From assembly GCA_040437565.1 (NCBI GenBank), contig JBDOQK010000017.1, positions 434,001 through 498,000 on the forward strand: 64,000 bases of DNA, in the 5' to 3' direction. Shown here one piece after another: positions 39,050-53,500 of the stretch (within the stretch, counting starts at the first letter, position 1; each line of letters opens with the position of its first letter). Both the position numbers and the translations under genes were made by a program. This DNA comes from Albugo candida (lineage: Eukaryota). The notes under the pieces are model-generated. The model was not told the origin of the DNA. It made no database searches and saw nothing but the letters and a program-made list of their open reading frames with translations.

Positions 39050-40900
39050 TTGGACAAATCTAACATCTGATCGAAAACGTTTTTACGAGACCATTTTCAC
39101 GAATAGAATGCCTTGATCACATCTGATAGTACTCTAGTTGTTCAGTATGGTATAAAATCCAGAATGATTTTGATCACGCTATGCAGGAGACCAACTGTCA
39201 TAATAATGTATGTATTTTACACGTCCAATGTAATCCGCAGACGAGAACATTGCAAATGTTTCTACAAGTACTCTTATACTATCAACTTGTCAAAGCATCC
39301 CAAGAGAAGCGATTTTGTGCTGCACCAGTTACAGACGAATGCATGTCTCAAAAATTGCGAAAAAGGTTGATGACGAAAATCAAGTGATAGTTACAAGCAC
39401 TTTTATGAAATCTTGAAGAAGATACTCGATGCTATATAAAATCTACTTTATGAATTGTGTAACATGAAATAGCGTATAGCACATGAGTAACTTCGTCAAG
39501 CATTCTCGCCATTCTCGGAGCATCTCTTCGTCGCGTCCTACTAGGAAATGTTACTAAAACTTTTGACGAATTAGCATCAAACCCGAGGGAAATTATCCTG
39601 TAATTGACGGTATGCGGCTCTCATGAAAGCTTTACAACATCAGTAAACGGCTCATGGGAAAATTTGATACAAAACTGATGTGTGAAAATCATTCCCACTT
39701 GAGTGAGCGGATCAAAACCCTCTCTCACTCGTTGAAAACTACTAGAATGACGGAAGTGATCAAGAAAAAGCAAAAACGTACTTCATTCCAGGAATAAATG
39801 GCATGCCAGCTCAATTCTAAGTTTGATCAAGGGAACCATGGCGAGTGCTTGATTATAGTGCTCATTTTTAAGCTGGGAAGATCTGTCTAACTTTGATCAC
39901 TACGTCACTGGGCGATTCTCTTATTAAAAAAAAGGATCACGATTCTATCGGGGCAAAATCAATCCACCAACAGAAGAAAGCATGTGTGTGAGGATGGTCT
40001 ATACTAGCACGACATTTATTGACTCGTCTACATACCATATTTGTTCATCAATGGTGGAAAAGAAGCCCATGCAAGTTCTCGTCCATGAAGAATTTTATGA
40101 CCGAGTCAATAAATGACGTATACTACGCATTTAGGAAAGATAGCGATGTAGATCAAAGTTCTTTCGATTGGGTGCGTTTCTTGTTCAACAATAAAAAGGC
40201 GCGGCTGATAGGCAATAAAAACACAACGTCCAGTTTATCACGATAGGGAGTGAAGCAAGGTGATGATCCATCGACACTGCTTTCTATGATGACGATCGAA
40301 GAATAAAATTGATTCACAATGCGAACATCAAGAACATACAACTTGGATTATTGGAAAAATTGTTGCGACTTGACCATTTCTGCAAACCATTCGGCTCTTA
40401 CTTCAGAAACACCGAATGGATTTTTTGACGCACATGACTACTCGAAAAGCTCTATTGAGCTAGCTTTGACGCCATAATAGATTTGAGCAAATCATTCTTG
40501 TCTCGTTTTATGGATTAATATCGTGTTCTCGCATTACCATGTCGATCATACTCATTGAATAGGTCCGGCCTATTATGTGGGCATACCAATCGGCCAAACA
40601 CCGTTTCATTGGACGCTTCTATAAAGCCACGTCAAGGACTTCTAAGATGCCTGTGGAGAATGAATAATACACCACGAGCTGTCTTTGGGTGACTACTGGT
40701 TGCCCAGACAATGATTTAATAACTTCTGTGGTATGCAAACATCCACGCGCAAACATCAGCAGAGAAAGTTCCATAGAAAAATATTCGTCCCACGAAAATA
40801 GCTACAACGCATTCAAGTCCTACAACAGTTCACATTCACCCTTTGATGATTATCTTGGTAAAAAAGACCAATCGCCACGCACCCTTTTGACCACACAAGC
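39050..40900 (+). mobile_element. Degenerate L1/Tx1-like non-LTR retrotransposon (APE endonuclease and RT remnants)
   Basis: Ordered relic motifs: DRKRFY...HLIVL*LFSMV (GDFN region, ~39070-39150), IPGINGMPAQF (SPGxDG, ~39786), EFYDRVN (KAFDRV, ~40090), SLSR*GVKQGDD (GVxQGD, ~40230-40265). Confidence 0.75.
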
Positions 40901-43900
40901 TATTTGGAATTTGTAGCACAGCACCTCACCTCATAGGAAGTGGAATACTTCGCATTAGATGGATTAGACTGGAGAATTATAACTTGAATTTTTGAATGGT
41001 CTCCAAAGAATTTAGTGCTAGATGAAACAGATCGTGGGTTTCTACTGCGCCCAGTTACTACATTATAAACCTGCTTTTCGTAATCCAAGCACATGTTTCT
41101 GTACAATGCTGGCATGATGTATGAACTTAACCGAGAATTTCGAGAATCGTTTACTCCGGCAATACAAAGTTCTAACTTTAGCTCTCTAGCAAATAGCATC
41201 GTCCTATTTGGATAAAAACGAGGCTTTTTTAGCGATGCTCTATTGAAAGCTCAATAATGTCTAGTTCCCTAAGGGATGTACGATCCCGACCTATATGTAT
41301 GATATCGTGCTATAATATAATTAGATAAGATCTATATGAATGGTTACAAGTCAGTAACAAAGCTAGACGCAGAGAATACCGTTACCACTCCGAACTATCC
41401 ATCCATGAGTAGCGTAACGTCATAACCCGCTGATGGGATGATTCAGGGATGCTACGAAACAATTGACAGCGTGACTCTCGTTTATAAAAAATACAAAATT
41501 CGACTCCATTAAAAAGGTTCTCATATTTGTAACGTACAAAGTATATGCTTTTCTCTTTTACCAATTGGCAAGAAAAGGTGTAGGACCAGTACAAGTTTCC
41601 CAGAGCATTTACGAGTTGCGAGGCGTATGTTTGAGAAACCATGCTTTCATAGGATTTAGGCAAGCAGCAATTCCCAGGAAACGCTACTGATTCCAGAAAA
41701 TGCTTTATTCGTTTATACGCAACGGGACTTTCTTGTCAAGAGTTGAAGTTCTACCCGAGGTTCTGTTACTTTGCCCTTACAACATCATCCAACACTGCGG
41801 AGCCGTTAATTTGATACATAATTCATTCAAGTAAGGAAGCATTTCCGTGCCTTAAATACAGAATACATAACGGTATCTTATTTGCTCCATTCCATCCATA
41901 ATTGATCAGTTATTCAGATCCAAGCAGGAGATTAGACTGATGTATTGTTGCTAAACCAGATTATTTCGCTTAAGCCTGTTACATCATGCCGTTGTAATCT
42001 ATCATACGTTTATAACTACATGTGACGGATAATGTTGTACCAAGATGTCCTCAAGAGAACATATCAAGTACAAGTCTTCAAATTGAAGTCCAGGACATTG
42101 CGTTGATCCAAGCAACTAATCAAAATTGATCCTAGATACTCTTATGGCCAAAAAAACAGCATTTTGTAGATTTGTCAAAACCATCTATTTCTTTCATCTG
42201 CTATATGAATTGCGCCTATGCGCTCCAGCAAGCACGTCTTGATGTCGTCAATTTTTGTACACACTGATGTTCCCTCTTGACGTAGGCGGTGCGATGGGTT
42301 CGAATAATCTTCCAGACTTTTCAGTAGTGAATGCATCTGGAAGAATCTCATATTTCCTGGCTTTCTTTTACATCGTTTTCCTCACGACTCCATGGAATCC
42401 ATAACGAAAGCTTTATCCTGTTCCAGTAACCAGTAGATCGTTTTATCTGCTCGTTCTTGTGTTTGGGTATGAATTGGTTCTTGAGAACTTTGCTTTTCCA
42501 GTTGTGCGTTCAAATGATTCGGAATTGATCTGAAATGCGAATGTAATACGTAAGGGATGCTTGAAAGTTTTTAACGCGAATAGAGATACCAATGAGCACG
42601 AAGGAATAGAGCTCGAGCGCCGTATCTCGTTGGTTTTGAAATGACTTTACACTTGAGTCCTCGATACGTGCGCTTGATCCGCTAGTCTTCTTCCACGACT
42701 TGGGATAGCGAATCGATGATACACGTGTAGTCGGCTCGGGCTTGCGTTTAGCTATACTTATGATCCTACAATATTATTGCCAGCGAAGAAAGAGGGTAGT
42801 GATGCTGCGTGTATTATCATCCAAACATTTGTCACTGTAGTGATTTCTGTCCTCTGTTGTGACTGAGAAGCTTTCAGTGTACCGATCACGAGAATCGAGT
42901 CAACATCATGACGATCCAGCGCGTTAGGAGTCTCCGAATCACGCTCGTTTTCTTCAAACGCATGTAGCGAATGTATCAGTGTATTGGCTCAAAGTCGAAA
43001 CACGTTAATACTCAAGGATCTTGTGTCAAAATCAAATTGTGATTCTGCACCACACGCGCTGTGCATTCAATGCCTTGAGGGCATAAAAGGGAGGAGTGTC
43101 CCATTCTGATAGATTCAATGGAATTGAGGTCATAAGATCTCCATTTTCCATTGACTGAGAGCCGCTATCACTGGGAACTTTGGTCTACTCCTGTTTTCAC
43201 AATTGAATGACAACATCCGTCCACGCTAACAGCATATCAATGCGATCGACTATTTTCAAAGCTTCTTCATCGATTATAGCTTACACCGCGCCAGTGCCGT
43301 GCTGTTCATCATTTTGTAGAATAGTGCTTTGATCATTTAAATCGATCGAACAGTTTCTCGATGCTCTCGAATAGGATCTCGGAAGCCTAATGAGCTGTTT
43401 CCTTCACGAAAAAATATAAGCCTGCGCTCTGTCCACTAGAAATAGACCATCTCAAAGTGTTTCCACAATCATCTCATTCAGCTTTTCAGGGGACGTCGGT
43501 ACTATTTTGTGAACATAAGTCACTCCGAAGGGCAATACAATCTTTGTAATGCTTCTACTAGCCGCCTTCTTCTCTAAATCACATATTTACCTGCCTCCAA
43601 GGTCAATACATTTATTATCCGACAACAGTCATTCAGAGTCATTTTCATATGTTCTATCATGAGCCTTTCGCATATTATCATCGTTTTGCTGCTTATTCTA
43701 ACGACTTCAATACTTAGTCCATTTCAATTGCTTTTGTATATGTGGCTATTTATTCGGTCACAGAGCGGCGGTGGTTTACTCCTATGTGGTAAGGTATTAG
43801 CGTTGAATGCAGGTACGGCTACGGGGAACTCAATTCTCTGCTCGACTTGTGTAGCATGTCGACTTTTGTGACGAAATATAATAAAAAGAGGACGTTGCTA

Positions 43901-44210
43901 CGCGATTGAATGAGAATAAAAGCGGCATTGGGATGGACATGGAGCATACTATGCAGAAGATTGGATGGTTGAGCTTGTCGTGCTCTCGTTATCTGGACGA
44001 AAATGTGCGCTTTTTTAGGAATCATAAGCTTTCAATTTGCCTGTGATATGATTACCGGTTTTTTATCAGGTATTGTACCTTCGCGACACACGCAACCACT
44101 TCGGACCCCTGCTTCTTCCTTCACTTTATCTATAGAATGTTGGGGCTGTGAGTATTATCAGTTTACCACAGACTTTTGTATATGTGATGCGTCCTTATGT
44201 GGAAGTGTGC

Positions 44211-45051
44211 TTAATTGAATTGACACTGAGTATCTTTACACTGCGTCATCTGACGTGATAGAGCCTTGCGAATGTCTAACATAGAGGAGCTATTAAATAG
44301 AGTTAGAAGGAACACGTATAGATCATAGGAAGTAGTTATTGCATTACTATTCTGAGCTTTTTTTATGATAGCTGCAATACAAAAACTTCCGTTAGTATAG
44401 TATTCATGGCTAATATTCATGTATCACCAGGTTATCAAGGTCTCCCCAAGGGTCTTTTATTATTATGAATTGCAGTTGCGCCAGCGCCCTCTGTCCAAGT
44501 GTCAGATGTTTGTTGGTCAGTGCTTCTACTTCTGAAAGAGCAAGTTTCACTGTATTCTTGATATCTCCAATCTTTAACTGTAATATTCGTTCATTCGAAG
44601 GCAACGGATCCAACGTAAACTTGTCTTCAACCGTGCCAGGAATAAGTGTAATAACACGCGTAAGGTCATAAGAAATCGTTGTACCATGGCACCATTTTTC
44701 CTCGCTAGAATCTGACATTGTAAATTGTACAGTTGAACCTTTGTCGCCCGAACTGGATACATGGGGTTGAGGTAGATCCAGCTTTGTTAGAGATATTGTG
44801 TATTTGTCAAGGCCAGAAAACTTGATGTAGAGTTTACCGCATCCTAACTCAGTAGGATCTTTATCAAGAACATTTTCCCGGAGTTTGTCAAGAGTGTCAA
44901 TCTCAATGTGCGGTTTCGGCGTACACTTGTATTGGAAGGAATCCTGACGAATGATAGTGCATGTAGTAAGATCATGAAGAACGCAACCATTCATGGGAGA
45001 TCGTCTCATCAGTGAAAGAGATGCGAGTGCGATATTTCGGACTCGTTCCAT
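44211..45051 (-). pseudogene. Orphan putative secreted protein, frameshifted by a 13-bp insertion (213-aa ORF; ~275 aa if repaired)
   Basis: The ORF MERVRNIALASLSLM... ends at HEY*. The overlapping ORF 44211-44420 continues HEYYTNGSFCIAA. An 8-bp direct repeat tattcatg lies at 44401-44408 and 44414-44421. Confidence 0.6.
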
Positions 45052-46599
45052 GGAGCTTGAGTTGGTTGCGGACGATAGAGACGATTTAAAATGAACCAGA
45101 ACGTGATGATGTTTGGAACCAACAACGGAGCTTGTAAGTACGTTTATTAGGTTCCAAGTTCAATTAACCGCTTTTCTAAGCCTTTATGAACGCGAACTTA
45201 TCTTCACTGATGTCAGTTAGGCTGCTAATCTCGAACAGAGGGGCGATGGCTGAGCCCCAGTTGAATACTGTCTGATTCAACTTGATTTGTGGCTGANNNN
45301 NNNNNNNNNNNNNNNNNNNNNNNNNNNNNNNNNNNNNNNNNNNNNNNNNNNNNNNNNNNNNNNNNNNNNNNNNNNNNNNNNNNNNNNNNNNNNNNNCAAG
45401 TTCAATCACCCGCTTTTCTAAGCCTTTACGAACGCGAACTTATCTTCACTGATGTCAGTTAGGCTGCTAATCTCGAACAGAGGGGCGATGGCTGAGTCCC
45501 AGTTGAATACTGTCTGATTCAACTTGATTTGTGGCTGATGATACAACGACGGGCGACTGACGCTGTTGGAACTTTCTAAGTATGTTTAGACACGTCATCA
45601 TAACAATAGCGATCTCGCATTGTACATCGTTTCATGTCGCAGTTCCTCCAGAGCAAACGACGTTGCAACTTGAACAAATTTTATCACATACCATTCTACA
45701 TGATTCTAGATGATGAAACAGACACATACAGCTCACTTAACGGAGATGATCAAGACAAGGTCTCCGCGCTCAATGAATTGACTTCGATTCCTTCTTTATC
45801 GAACCAGAAAAACTTCGGAGAGGCTTTCAGTGGTAAGCACTGCTATTCTTCGAAACGCAGTCGAATTTCATAGCGTTACAGATCCTCGACATCTTCTAAA
45901 GGACACACGCAAAAGAAGAATGTTGCTCCTATGGGATCATTCTCATACCGTACGACGCTATACTCCACAAATCGCATTATGTAAAACCTGTATCAACATT
46001 TGACAAAGCATTTTTCCAGCATTTCGGCGAATTATTGTTCAAATGCAGCGTTGAGACAATGGATCAGTAGGACCTGCTCGATATGCATAGCCTTCGATAC
46101 GTACCGTTAATCGCCATATACTTTAGCACGAAGGAGACTGTATGGATCCGTATGATGAAAAGCCAATGGATCAAATTCGTTCCACTTTGTGTCTGACTCA
46201 TCCGTGCATTCTACAAACGGTAAAGGGTTCCGCTATTGCTTCCGATTCCTCGTCCACCCACCCGTTTATTTGTTGTCGATGCATATTTGATACAAACATT
46301 TCATCTTGATTTCTTTTCGATGATCGTGTCTATAATGGAATCTACTGCGTTTATTGTTCATTAGGAACCAAAGTGTATGAGTATTCTTCCGGTGATAGAG
46401 CAATATTGCGCCCACATGTCTTAAAGATTGGAAAGCCTGGGACCCATTCGATCTCCCCCTAGACAGACTATCTGTTTCGAAAACAATAGATCCATTGAAG
46501 TATCATAAAATCTTGTTCGGTCATTCATTATCTCTCCGTGTCATCGGAGGTGGACCCCTTTTAGTCATACGCATGGATATTTTCTTGTAGTAGTGACCA

Positions 46600-48850
46600 A
46601 ACCAGTATCACCCTACTGCTCTGTCTTTAGTAGCGCAAGATTCTTCTTGGGAATGACGTCTTTAACTTGAAAAATTAGCTGTTTTTGGAAGTTTCCTGGA
46701 TGTGTCATCTCAATTCAATTTCACTCTAGATACCGAAAGTTTTTCTTTTCATTCTTCGTTCGTCTTCTTCAATCAACAATTGCATATAAGATGAAACCGA
46801 ATGCATAGATGTGTGTAATATCTGTTGGGATACCAGAGTAACATGTTGGTGTGCATTCTGATATTTTGGGGGGNNNNNNNNNNNNNNNNNNNNNNNNNNN
46901 NNNNNNNNNNNNNNNNNNNNNNNNNNNNNNNNNNNNNNNNNNNNNNNNNNNNNNNNNNNNNNNNNNNNNNNNNTGTTGGTGTGCATTCTGATATTTTGGG
47001 GGGGGGGGGGTAGCCGATTTATGATATAAAGCACTATTGTTTTCTTCCGCCCACCGCTCTTCTTCTCTATTTATTCAGGAGAGTATTGATCGTTCTCCTG
47101 TCGTGATTTTTTTGCTCGTCATTTCATCAACACCATTTTGCTCTTGAGCGTAGGATGCAAAAACTAATGTATGACGCCACTTCTGCACCAGAGAGTGCGA
47201 ATTTCGTATTACATGTTCTTTTATGTTGCCAATGCTGATGCACTTGATCTTCTTATCCCATTGAATTTCCATAACAGAAATATTTTTTATATAAGCAATA
47301 AATACATTCTCTTTGGACTGAAGAAAACACGATTACGTGAATTGTGATTTAATTCTTTCACCATTTCGATGAAAATCGGGAACCCAGTTTAAAGTTGATG
47401 TTCGGTATTAATTTGTCTTTGATGACATGTGGCTAGTAGCAGCACTCTCCAGGTCAATCCAGACGGCCTTCGTCTTATGTCATAGCATCATGTTCTCCCC
47501 GACTACAAAAAATTTACTTCTGTTATTTCTCAGCAGTATTACTCTAGATTTCCAATTTCGTTGCAATGAAAACATTTGATGGGAACGTTTTTGCTTATAG
47601 AGTCATCTGTCATCTTGTTCTGATAAGGGGACTTTCCTATGTGCTTCGTTGCTTGTAATGCAACTATTCTGGTCGATTACTTCCTTTCAATTCTTTCGAA
47701 CTTATTTCGAAGCATTCTTTTCTCTTTCAGCAGATCAATTCTTTGTATTTTGCCTATTATCTTACATAGTTGCCCATGATTTTCTGTTAGCCTTCCAAGC
47801 AAAATAACCCACTTCTTATGTCTACTGACAACCTTCCCCATTGCTCTCATCTGTAAGCATAGCTCATCAAACTATCGGATATTTTTGATTATATCACCAT
47901 GAGTCATGAACTTGAATTCTTGAAGTTTTTTTCCTTTTATGAACTCAATTATGCATACTTCGGTGAAGGAAGAATCTGCTTAGTACAGTCTATGGTTGTA
48001 CTACAATTCCTGGCCATTCCATGGATAATGGCATTTAGTGACATCGCCATTATTGCATACAATTTACATCATCGACGATCCATAATGTCATTACTTGATT
48101 TCCAGTGTATTCTTCCTTGAATGCAGGAATGTGAGGATCGTGTTCCCACAATTGGTCAATTTTGCATCGACTAATTTCTCGCAAAATTGTGGCATATAAG
48201 AAAATTCGTTTATGTTCTCTCCTTTTGAGTCATATTGGCTCCATGGTACACTGCATATTCTATCAGTCGTTTTGATGGGAACGCAGCTGTAGTACGTCAA
48301 ATCAATCAATTATCTGATTTTGGAACACTTTGTTCAACTTTACACTTATTTGGGATGGTATATATAGTACAANNNNNNNNNNNNNNNNNNNNNNNNNNNN
48401 NNNNNNNNNNNNNNNNNNNNNNNNNNNNNNNNNNNNNNNNNNNNNNNNNNNNNNNNNNNNNNNNNNNNNNNNAGCATAGCTCATCAAACTATCGGATATT
48501 TTTGATTATATCACCATGAGTCATGAACTTGAATTCTTGAAGTTTTTTTCCTTTTATGAACTCAATTATGCATACTTCGGTGAAGGAAGAATCTGCTTAG
48601 TACAGTCTATGGTTGTACTACAATTCCTGGCCATTCCATGGATAATGGCATTTAGTGACATCGCCATTATTGCATACAATTTACATCATCGACGATCCAT
48701 AATGTCATTACTTGATTTCCAGTGTATTCTTCCTTGAATGCAGGAATGTGAGGATCGTGTTCCCACAATTGGTCAATTTTGCATCGACTAATTTCTCGCA
48801 AAATTGTGGCATATAAGAAAATTCGTTTATGTTCTCTCCTTTTGAGTCAT
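46600..48850 (-). mobile_element. Degenerate Ty1/copia LTR retrotransposon (gag-protease-integrase remnants)
   Basis: Gag-like FDELCLQMRAMG...VILLG, zinc knuckle CFHCNEIGNLE*YC, protease WIDLESAATSHMS, integrase KKIKC...YAQEQNGVDE...ERSILS, YIINRLP and HIYAFG. The 5' part is duplicated across gap 48373-48472. Confidence 0.8.
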
Positions 48851-49649
48851 ATTGGCTCCATGGTACACTGCATATTCTATCAGTCGTTTTGATGGGAACG
48901 CAGCTGTAGTACGTCAAATCAATCAATTATCTGATTTTGGAACACTTTGTTCAACTTTACACTTATTTGGGATGGTATATATAGTACAATGATTGAGGGG
49001 TTCCCTCGGGACACTTGCCTATTCTTCTCGACGGACGGGTCAATACCTGGACACTTCTCGACTAAAGCATCTTATTTCGCTGGATGCGCGTAGTATGCAG
49101 GAAGTAACGTTTACCTCCTTCCACCAATGTTGAAGAAAAGAGAATTGCAAGGCTTGTATGAAGAAATCAATTGTGTCAGTGCTCGATTCAGAGTGCTCTG
49201 ATTGTTGCTTCAAATATACTTTTCAGCGCTGGTTTCGCATACTTCCACGTTGATGATTTGAGCAAGAGCCTTTGTTATGTGTTACCGGAAAGACTATCGA
49301 GTATCTAATTACACTTGAACTTGTCCCTCTTGCCTTTTCATTCTCAAATCAAGTACAATAAGTCATGTAATTTTGTCCTTACTGATATAAGAGTATATTG
49401 AAATTATTGATGGAGCCTTTAGATTATCTTTTAGTTGCTCTGTCTCCACTACCCAAAACTTGTTCTTATCTTTACGCAATACTATCATGCTTAATTTGTT
49501 TCGGACGATACTATCAAATATTTATTAATAAGATCCCTAGCAAGCAATTAAAGAAGCTGACTTTCAATCAACCCTCACTCCATTACTCAACTATCTAGGG
49601 ACTCGATTATATACTTTCTTCATTGTTTAGAAAAGAGAAGTTCAAGCAC

Positions 49650-50500
49650 TCAATCCAAACAGTCATGAGCAATTTCCGCTCTAAGCGGGAGCCTTTCCCT
49701 GCTAGTTATGCGTTTCGTGTGGTATCCATTCGCATTCTTGTAAAAAAGGCCATCGCAAGTCAGCTGTCTCGCCGGGTAATCCCTGATTTAGAAGTTTCAT
49801 TCGCCACAAAATGTTTTGTTTGTTTCCCAGCATTTAGATAATGCAACGACGGTTTAAGTGGACGGTAAATATTGGAATTATCGTAATGCCTATCAGGCGA
49901 ATGGCAGACTTCTGCTTGAATATAATTTATGCACAATACATGTGTTCCTTGATCACATGAAGCGCTGTGCAAAAGTCGTATATAGCTCTTGCTTTGCTGG
50001 CAAATCATCGCGGCGCTTGGAATGCGCCGCGCCAATCTTAATTGCGTATGGAGCTCTAATGACCCAAATGGACCTAAAATTTATGCTCAATTTGACTGCA
50101 CAGCGTTATATACTCTTGTAGACTATACATTGATGGAAAAGCTTGGACGAGACGTAAAATCATGTGGGGTTCTCTCGACTTCAGCGATATCAAAACACTT
50201 TTGGCACCAAATAAAGCGTTTGTGTCGTCGATGTGATGTAGCAGTCGACAATTTGACTTGGTATACAGAGGCCTGCAATCTTTTCCCAGAATAGGTAGCT
50301 TACTGAATGGGCCCTACAGCGATGCATCAATAGTCTCTACTGGAGGAAACATGGTCTTCGTATTGGATCATGCCAACTTTATTGCGCCTTTTACAACGTC
50401 TATCCAAGATCCGATTTCGGGAACAGTTGAAGCGATATACGCAACGAATGATCAATCCTGGCAGAGGAAATCTCGAACACACGCGATATGGATGAGTCAA
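49650..50500 (+). mobile_element. Possible Tc1/mariner transposase remnant
   Basis: Weak ordered relics: VKKAI...SFATK (KKP..RL.FA), IAYGALM...LTAQRYI (VWG...N...Y), SKH...NLTWYTEACNLFPE (KH...WP.QSPDLNPIE). Many frameshifts. No terminal repeats seen. Confidence 0.3.
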
Positions 50501-53500
50501 GTCAGGGCAGGTGAACCGATAAAATTTGCTCGTACTGACCTGGGTAAATATAATTCGTAGTGTTCAACGCGCCAACTGACATCGAGGGGTACGATTGTCG
50601 TGCCTTTTAACGATTGCATACAATCGTGTAAACGATTGATAAAATGTACGCCTCTTTCTAGTAAACTGGTCATCACCATGTAGTACGTTCTACCTTCTTG
50701 ATTTTCTAACTTTTGTCAGAAGTTTATGCAAGAAGCCCAATGCGAACCACACAATAAGGTAGTGGAGACCTATGCAAGAATGTGTCGGTTTGCTAAGTAG
50801 AATGTGTCATGTTTACCAAGTCCTCCAAATCGATGCAGAATAAATCTTTCGCAGTAGGAATACAGCTGACATATGTTACAGTTCGGCACGTGGCTGGGGT
50901 CTTTCACATACTTGCAATATAAAATGCACTCAGATTACGGGCTTTCAATTCTACTTCCGATCGTCTTTGCTTAGCATGAAGGATGGGCGATCACTAGCTG
51001 TTCCGTTACAGAAACGAGGAAAGAAATTGACAGCAAAAACGACTGATGTAGACTAGCAATCCTCAATCAACATGAAGATTGGTAGAATGAGTTTTGGGTT
51101 ATTATATGATCCGTTAACGTGGTGCATAATAGAACCATTGTATTTGATTTTAAATTGCCAGTTTGAACCATTATAGGATTTTCGAACAGTGACCAAAACA
51201 GAAATGTGTTTTATGATCGCTTAGGAATACTTTAGAATCGGTTCGATGGCATAACTTGAACTCATGTTTCATACCTGCATATTATCCATACCCACAGCCG
51301 ATCATTTTCAAGCACGAGAAGCCACGGGTCACACAGTTAGGTTTGAGATTTTAGATGATTTTCTGCTGTGTAGTTCTTGAATTAAGAAAAGGACTTCTTT
51401 GCTACAGTTATGAGCCCACCATCGATGCGATTTTCGAATTTAATAAGAAAGGAGACTGATACAGTTCGAGGCACTAGAGACGCAAAGTGTTGCAGCCTGA
51501 TTCTTGGCTCATTTTGCGTTTATTTTCACATGAAGTGGTACTTCCGCCAAGTACTATGTCTGGTTTGATATCAGATGAGTGCACTGCCACCTAATAGATA
51601 CTATTTTATGTCGAATCCAGTACGACAAGATACACACACATTTTCAACACAGATGGCACGACTGTATCTTGTTTTCGTACTCGGCACCGCCAGGTTTGGG
51701 ATGCCTACAAAAGGTAAATCGACCGGACGACACCCACCCATGCATAACCATCTTGGACAAAATACAATATACGAATCCCGACTCCTGCAGTCAAGTACGG
51801 GGAGGATACAGACGAACTACTCGGCACGATGGAAGAGCGTAAGGAGACGTACGATCGCCTCATCTTGGACCAAGTAGATCGTTTTATAACAAGATTTAGA
51901 GGCCTCGTAATTCGGAAGAACATTCAATAATTTGCAAGTCGCACTGCATTCAATACAAGGGTTTATGAGTGAGAAGACATAAAACTTTCTCACTGATGAA
52001 TATTCTCCCTACCCGGTTGCATTTTATTGTCACACCGCCTGGAATAAATTATACGNNNNNNNNNNNNNNNNNNNNNNNNNNNNNNNNNNNNNNNNNNNNN
52101 NNNNNNNNNNNNNNNNNNNNNNNNNNNNNNNNNNNNNNNNNNNNNNNNNNNNNNNTGTTTTATGATCGCTTAGGAATACTTTAGAATCGGTTCGATGGCA
52201 TAACTTGAACTCATGTTTCATACCTGCATATTATCCATACCCACAGCCGATCATTTTCAAGCACGAGAAGCCACGGGTCACACAGTTAGGTTTGAGATTT
52301 TAGATGATTTTCTGCTGTGTAGTTCTTGAATTAAGAAAAGGACTTCTTTGCTACAGTTATGAGCCCACCATCGATGCGATTTTCGAATTTAATAAGAAAG
52401 GAGACTGATACAGTTCGAGGCACTAGAGACGCAAAGTGTTGCAGCCTGATTCTTGGCTCATTTTGCGTTTATTTTCACATGAAGTGGTACTTCCGCCAAG
52501 TACTATGTCTGGTTTGATATCAGATGAGTGCACTGCCACCTAATAGATACTATTTTATGTCGAATCCAGTACGACAAGATACACACACATTTTCAACACA
52601 GATGGCACGACTGTATCTTGTTTTCGTACTCGGCACCGCCAGGTTTGGGATGCCTACAAAAGGTAAATCGACCGGACGACACCCACCCATGCATAACCAT
52701 CTTGGACAAAATACAATATACGAATCCCGACTCCTGCAGTCAAGTACGGGGAGGATACAGACGAACTACTCGGCACGATGGAAGAGCGTAAGGAGACGTA
52801 CGATCGCCTCATCTTGGACCAAGTAGATCGTTTTATAACAAGATTTAGAGGCCTCGTAATTCGGAAGAACATTCAATAATTTGCAAGTCGCACTGCATTC
52901 AATACAAGGGTTTATGAGTGAGAAGACATAAAACTTTCTCACTGATGAATATTCTCCCTACCCGGTTGCATTTTATTGTCACACCGCCTGGAATAAATTA
53001 TACGGTACCGTCACTTCTCCTCCCCACAGCTGTTGAGCCCGATACTTGTACTCCTCGATCCATTGACCACTTTAATGAACGTATGAAGGAAGAAATCTTT
53101 CAATTGACTTCAAACATTCTTCCATGCGGAACATGGAACTACCTGTACCAAAGGCTTTGACGCAATTCGATTCGACCCGCAATTCTCACTTATATCGACA
53201 CTCATCTCCCATGCAAAAAAAGCGTCAGCCGCAACGATCTAATCGTTTAAAATCAACAGCGTTTCATTCGAGTCAAGAAGCCTGATGTTGATAAAAAATT
53301 CCAAGTCCACCAAATTGGAACTATCTGAAATAGTCTTACACAAGCACTTTCTCAACCTCCTTATCTACTTCTTTCGCTCCTAGGATACTTTTCTTATGGC
53401 TGTAGAAGCTCATTTATCGCTGATATATCACACCGGGATATAAAAATCTCTAGTCCTATATACCTACTGATTAGTAAGTAAGACAACAACTTAAAAGCGT

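Noticed and set aside
41380..43700. Minus-strand coding-like fragments (possible zf-RVT or other TE remnant)
   Set aside because: Too degenerate to support a family assignment.
46998..47010. Poly-G tract
   Set aside because: Simple homopolymer within the copia relic next to a gap; length is unreliable and there is no functional evidence.
332..53004. Apparent tandem direct repeats around the 100-N gaps (e.g. 332-485/586-739, 2668-3059/3160-3551, 47857-48372/48473-48989, 51207-52055/52156-53004)
   Set aside because: Each pair sits exactly on either side of a fixed 100-N spacer and is (near-)identical. These are unmerged contig overlaps, not biological repeats or duplicated genes.
52156..53200. 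Possible 3' region of a non-LTR retrotransposon (HPPMH, NILPTRLHF fragments)
   Set aside because: Only vague motif resemblance, with no catalytic motif to anchor the call.
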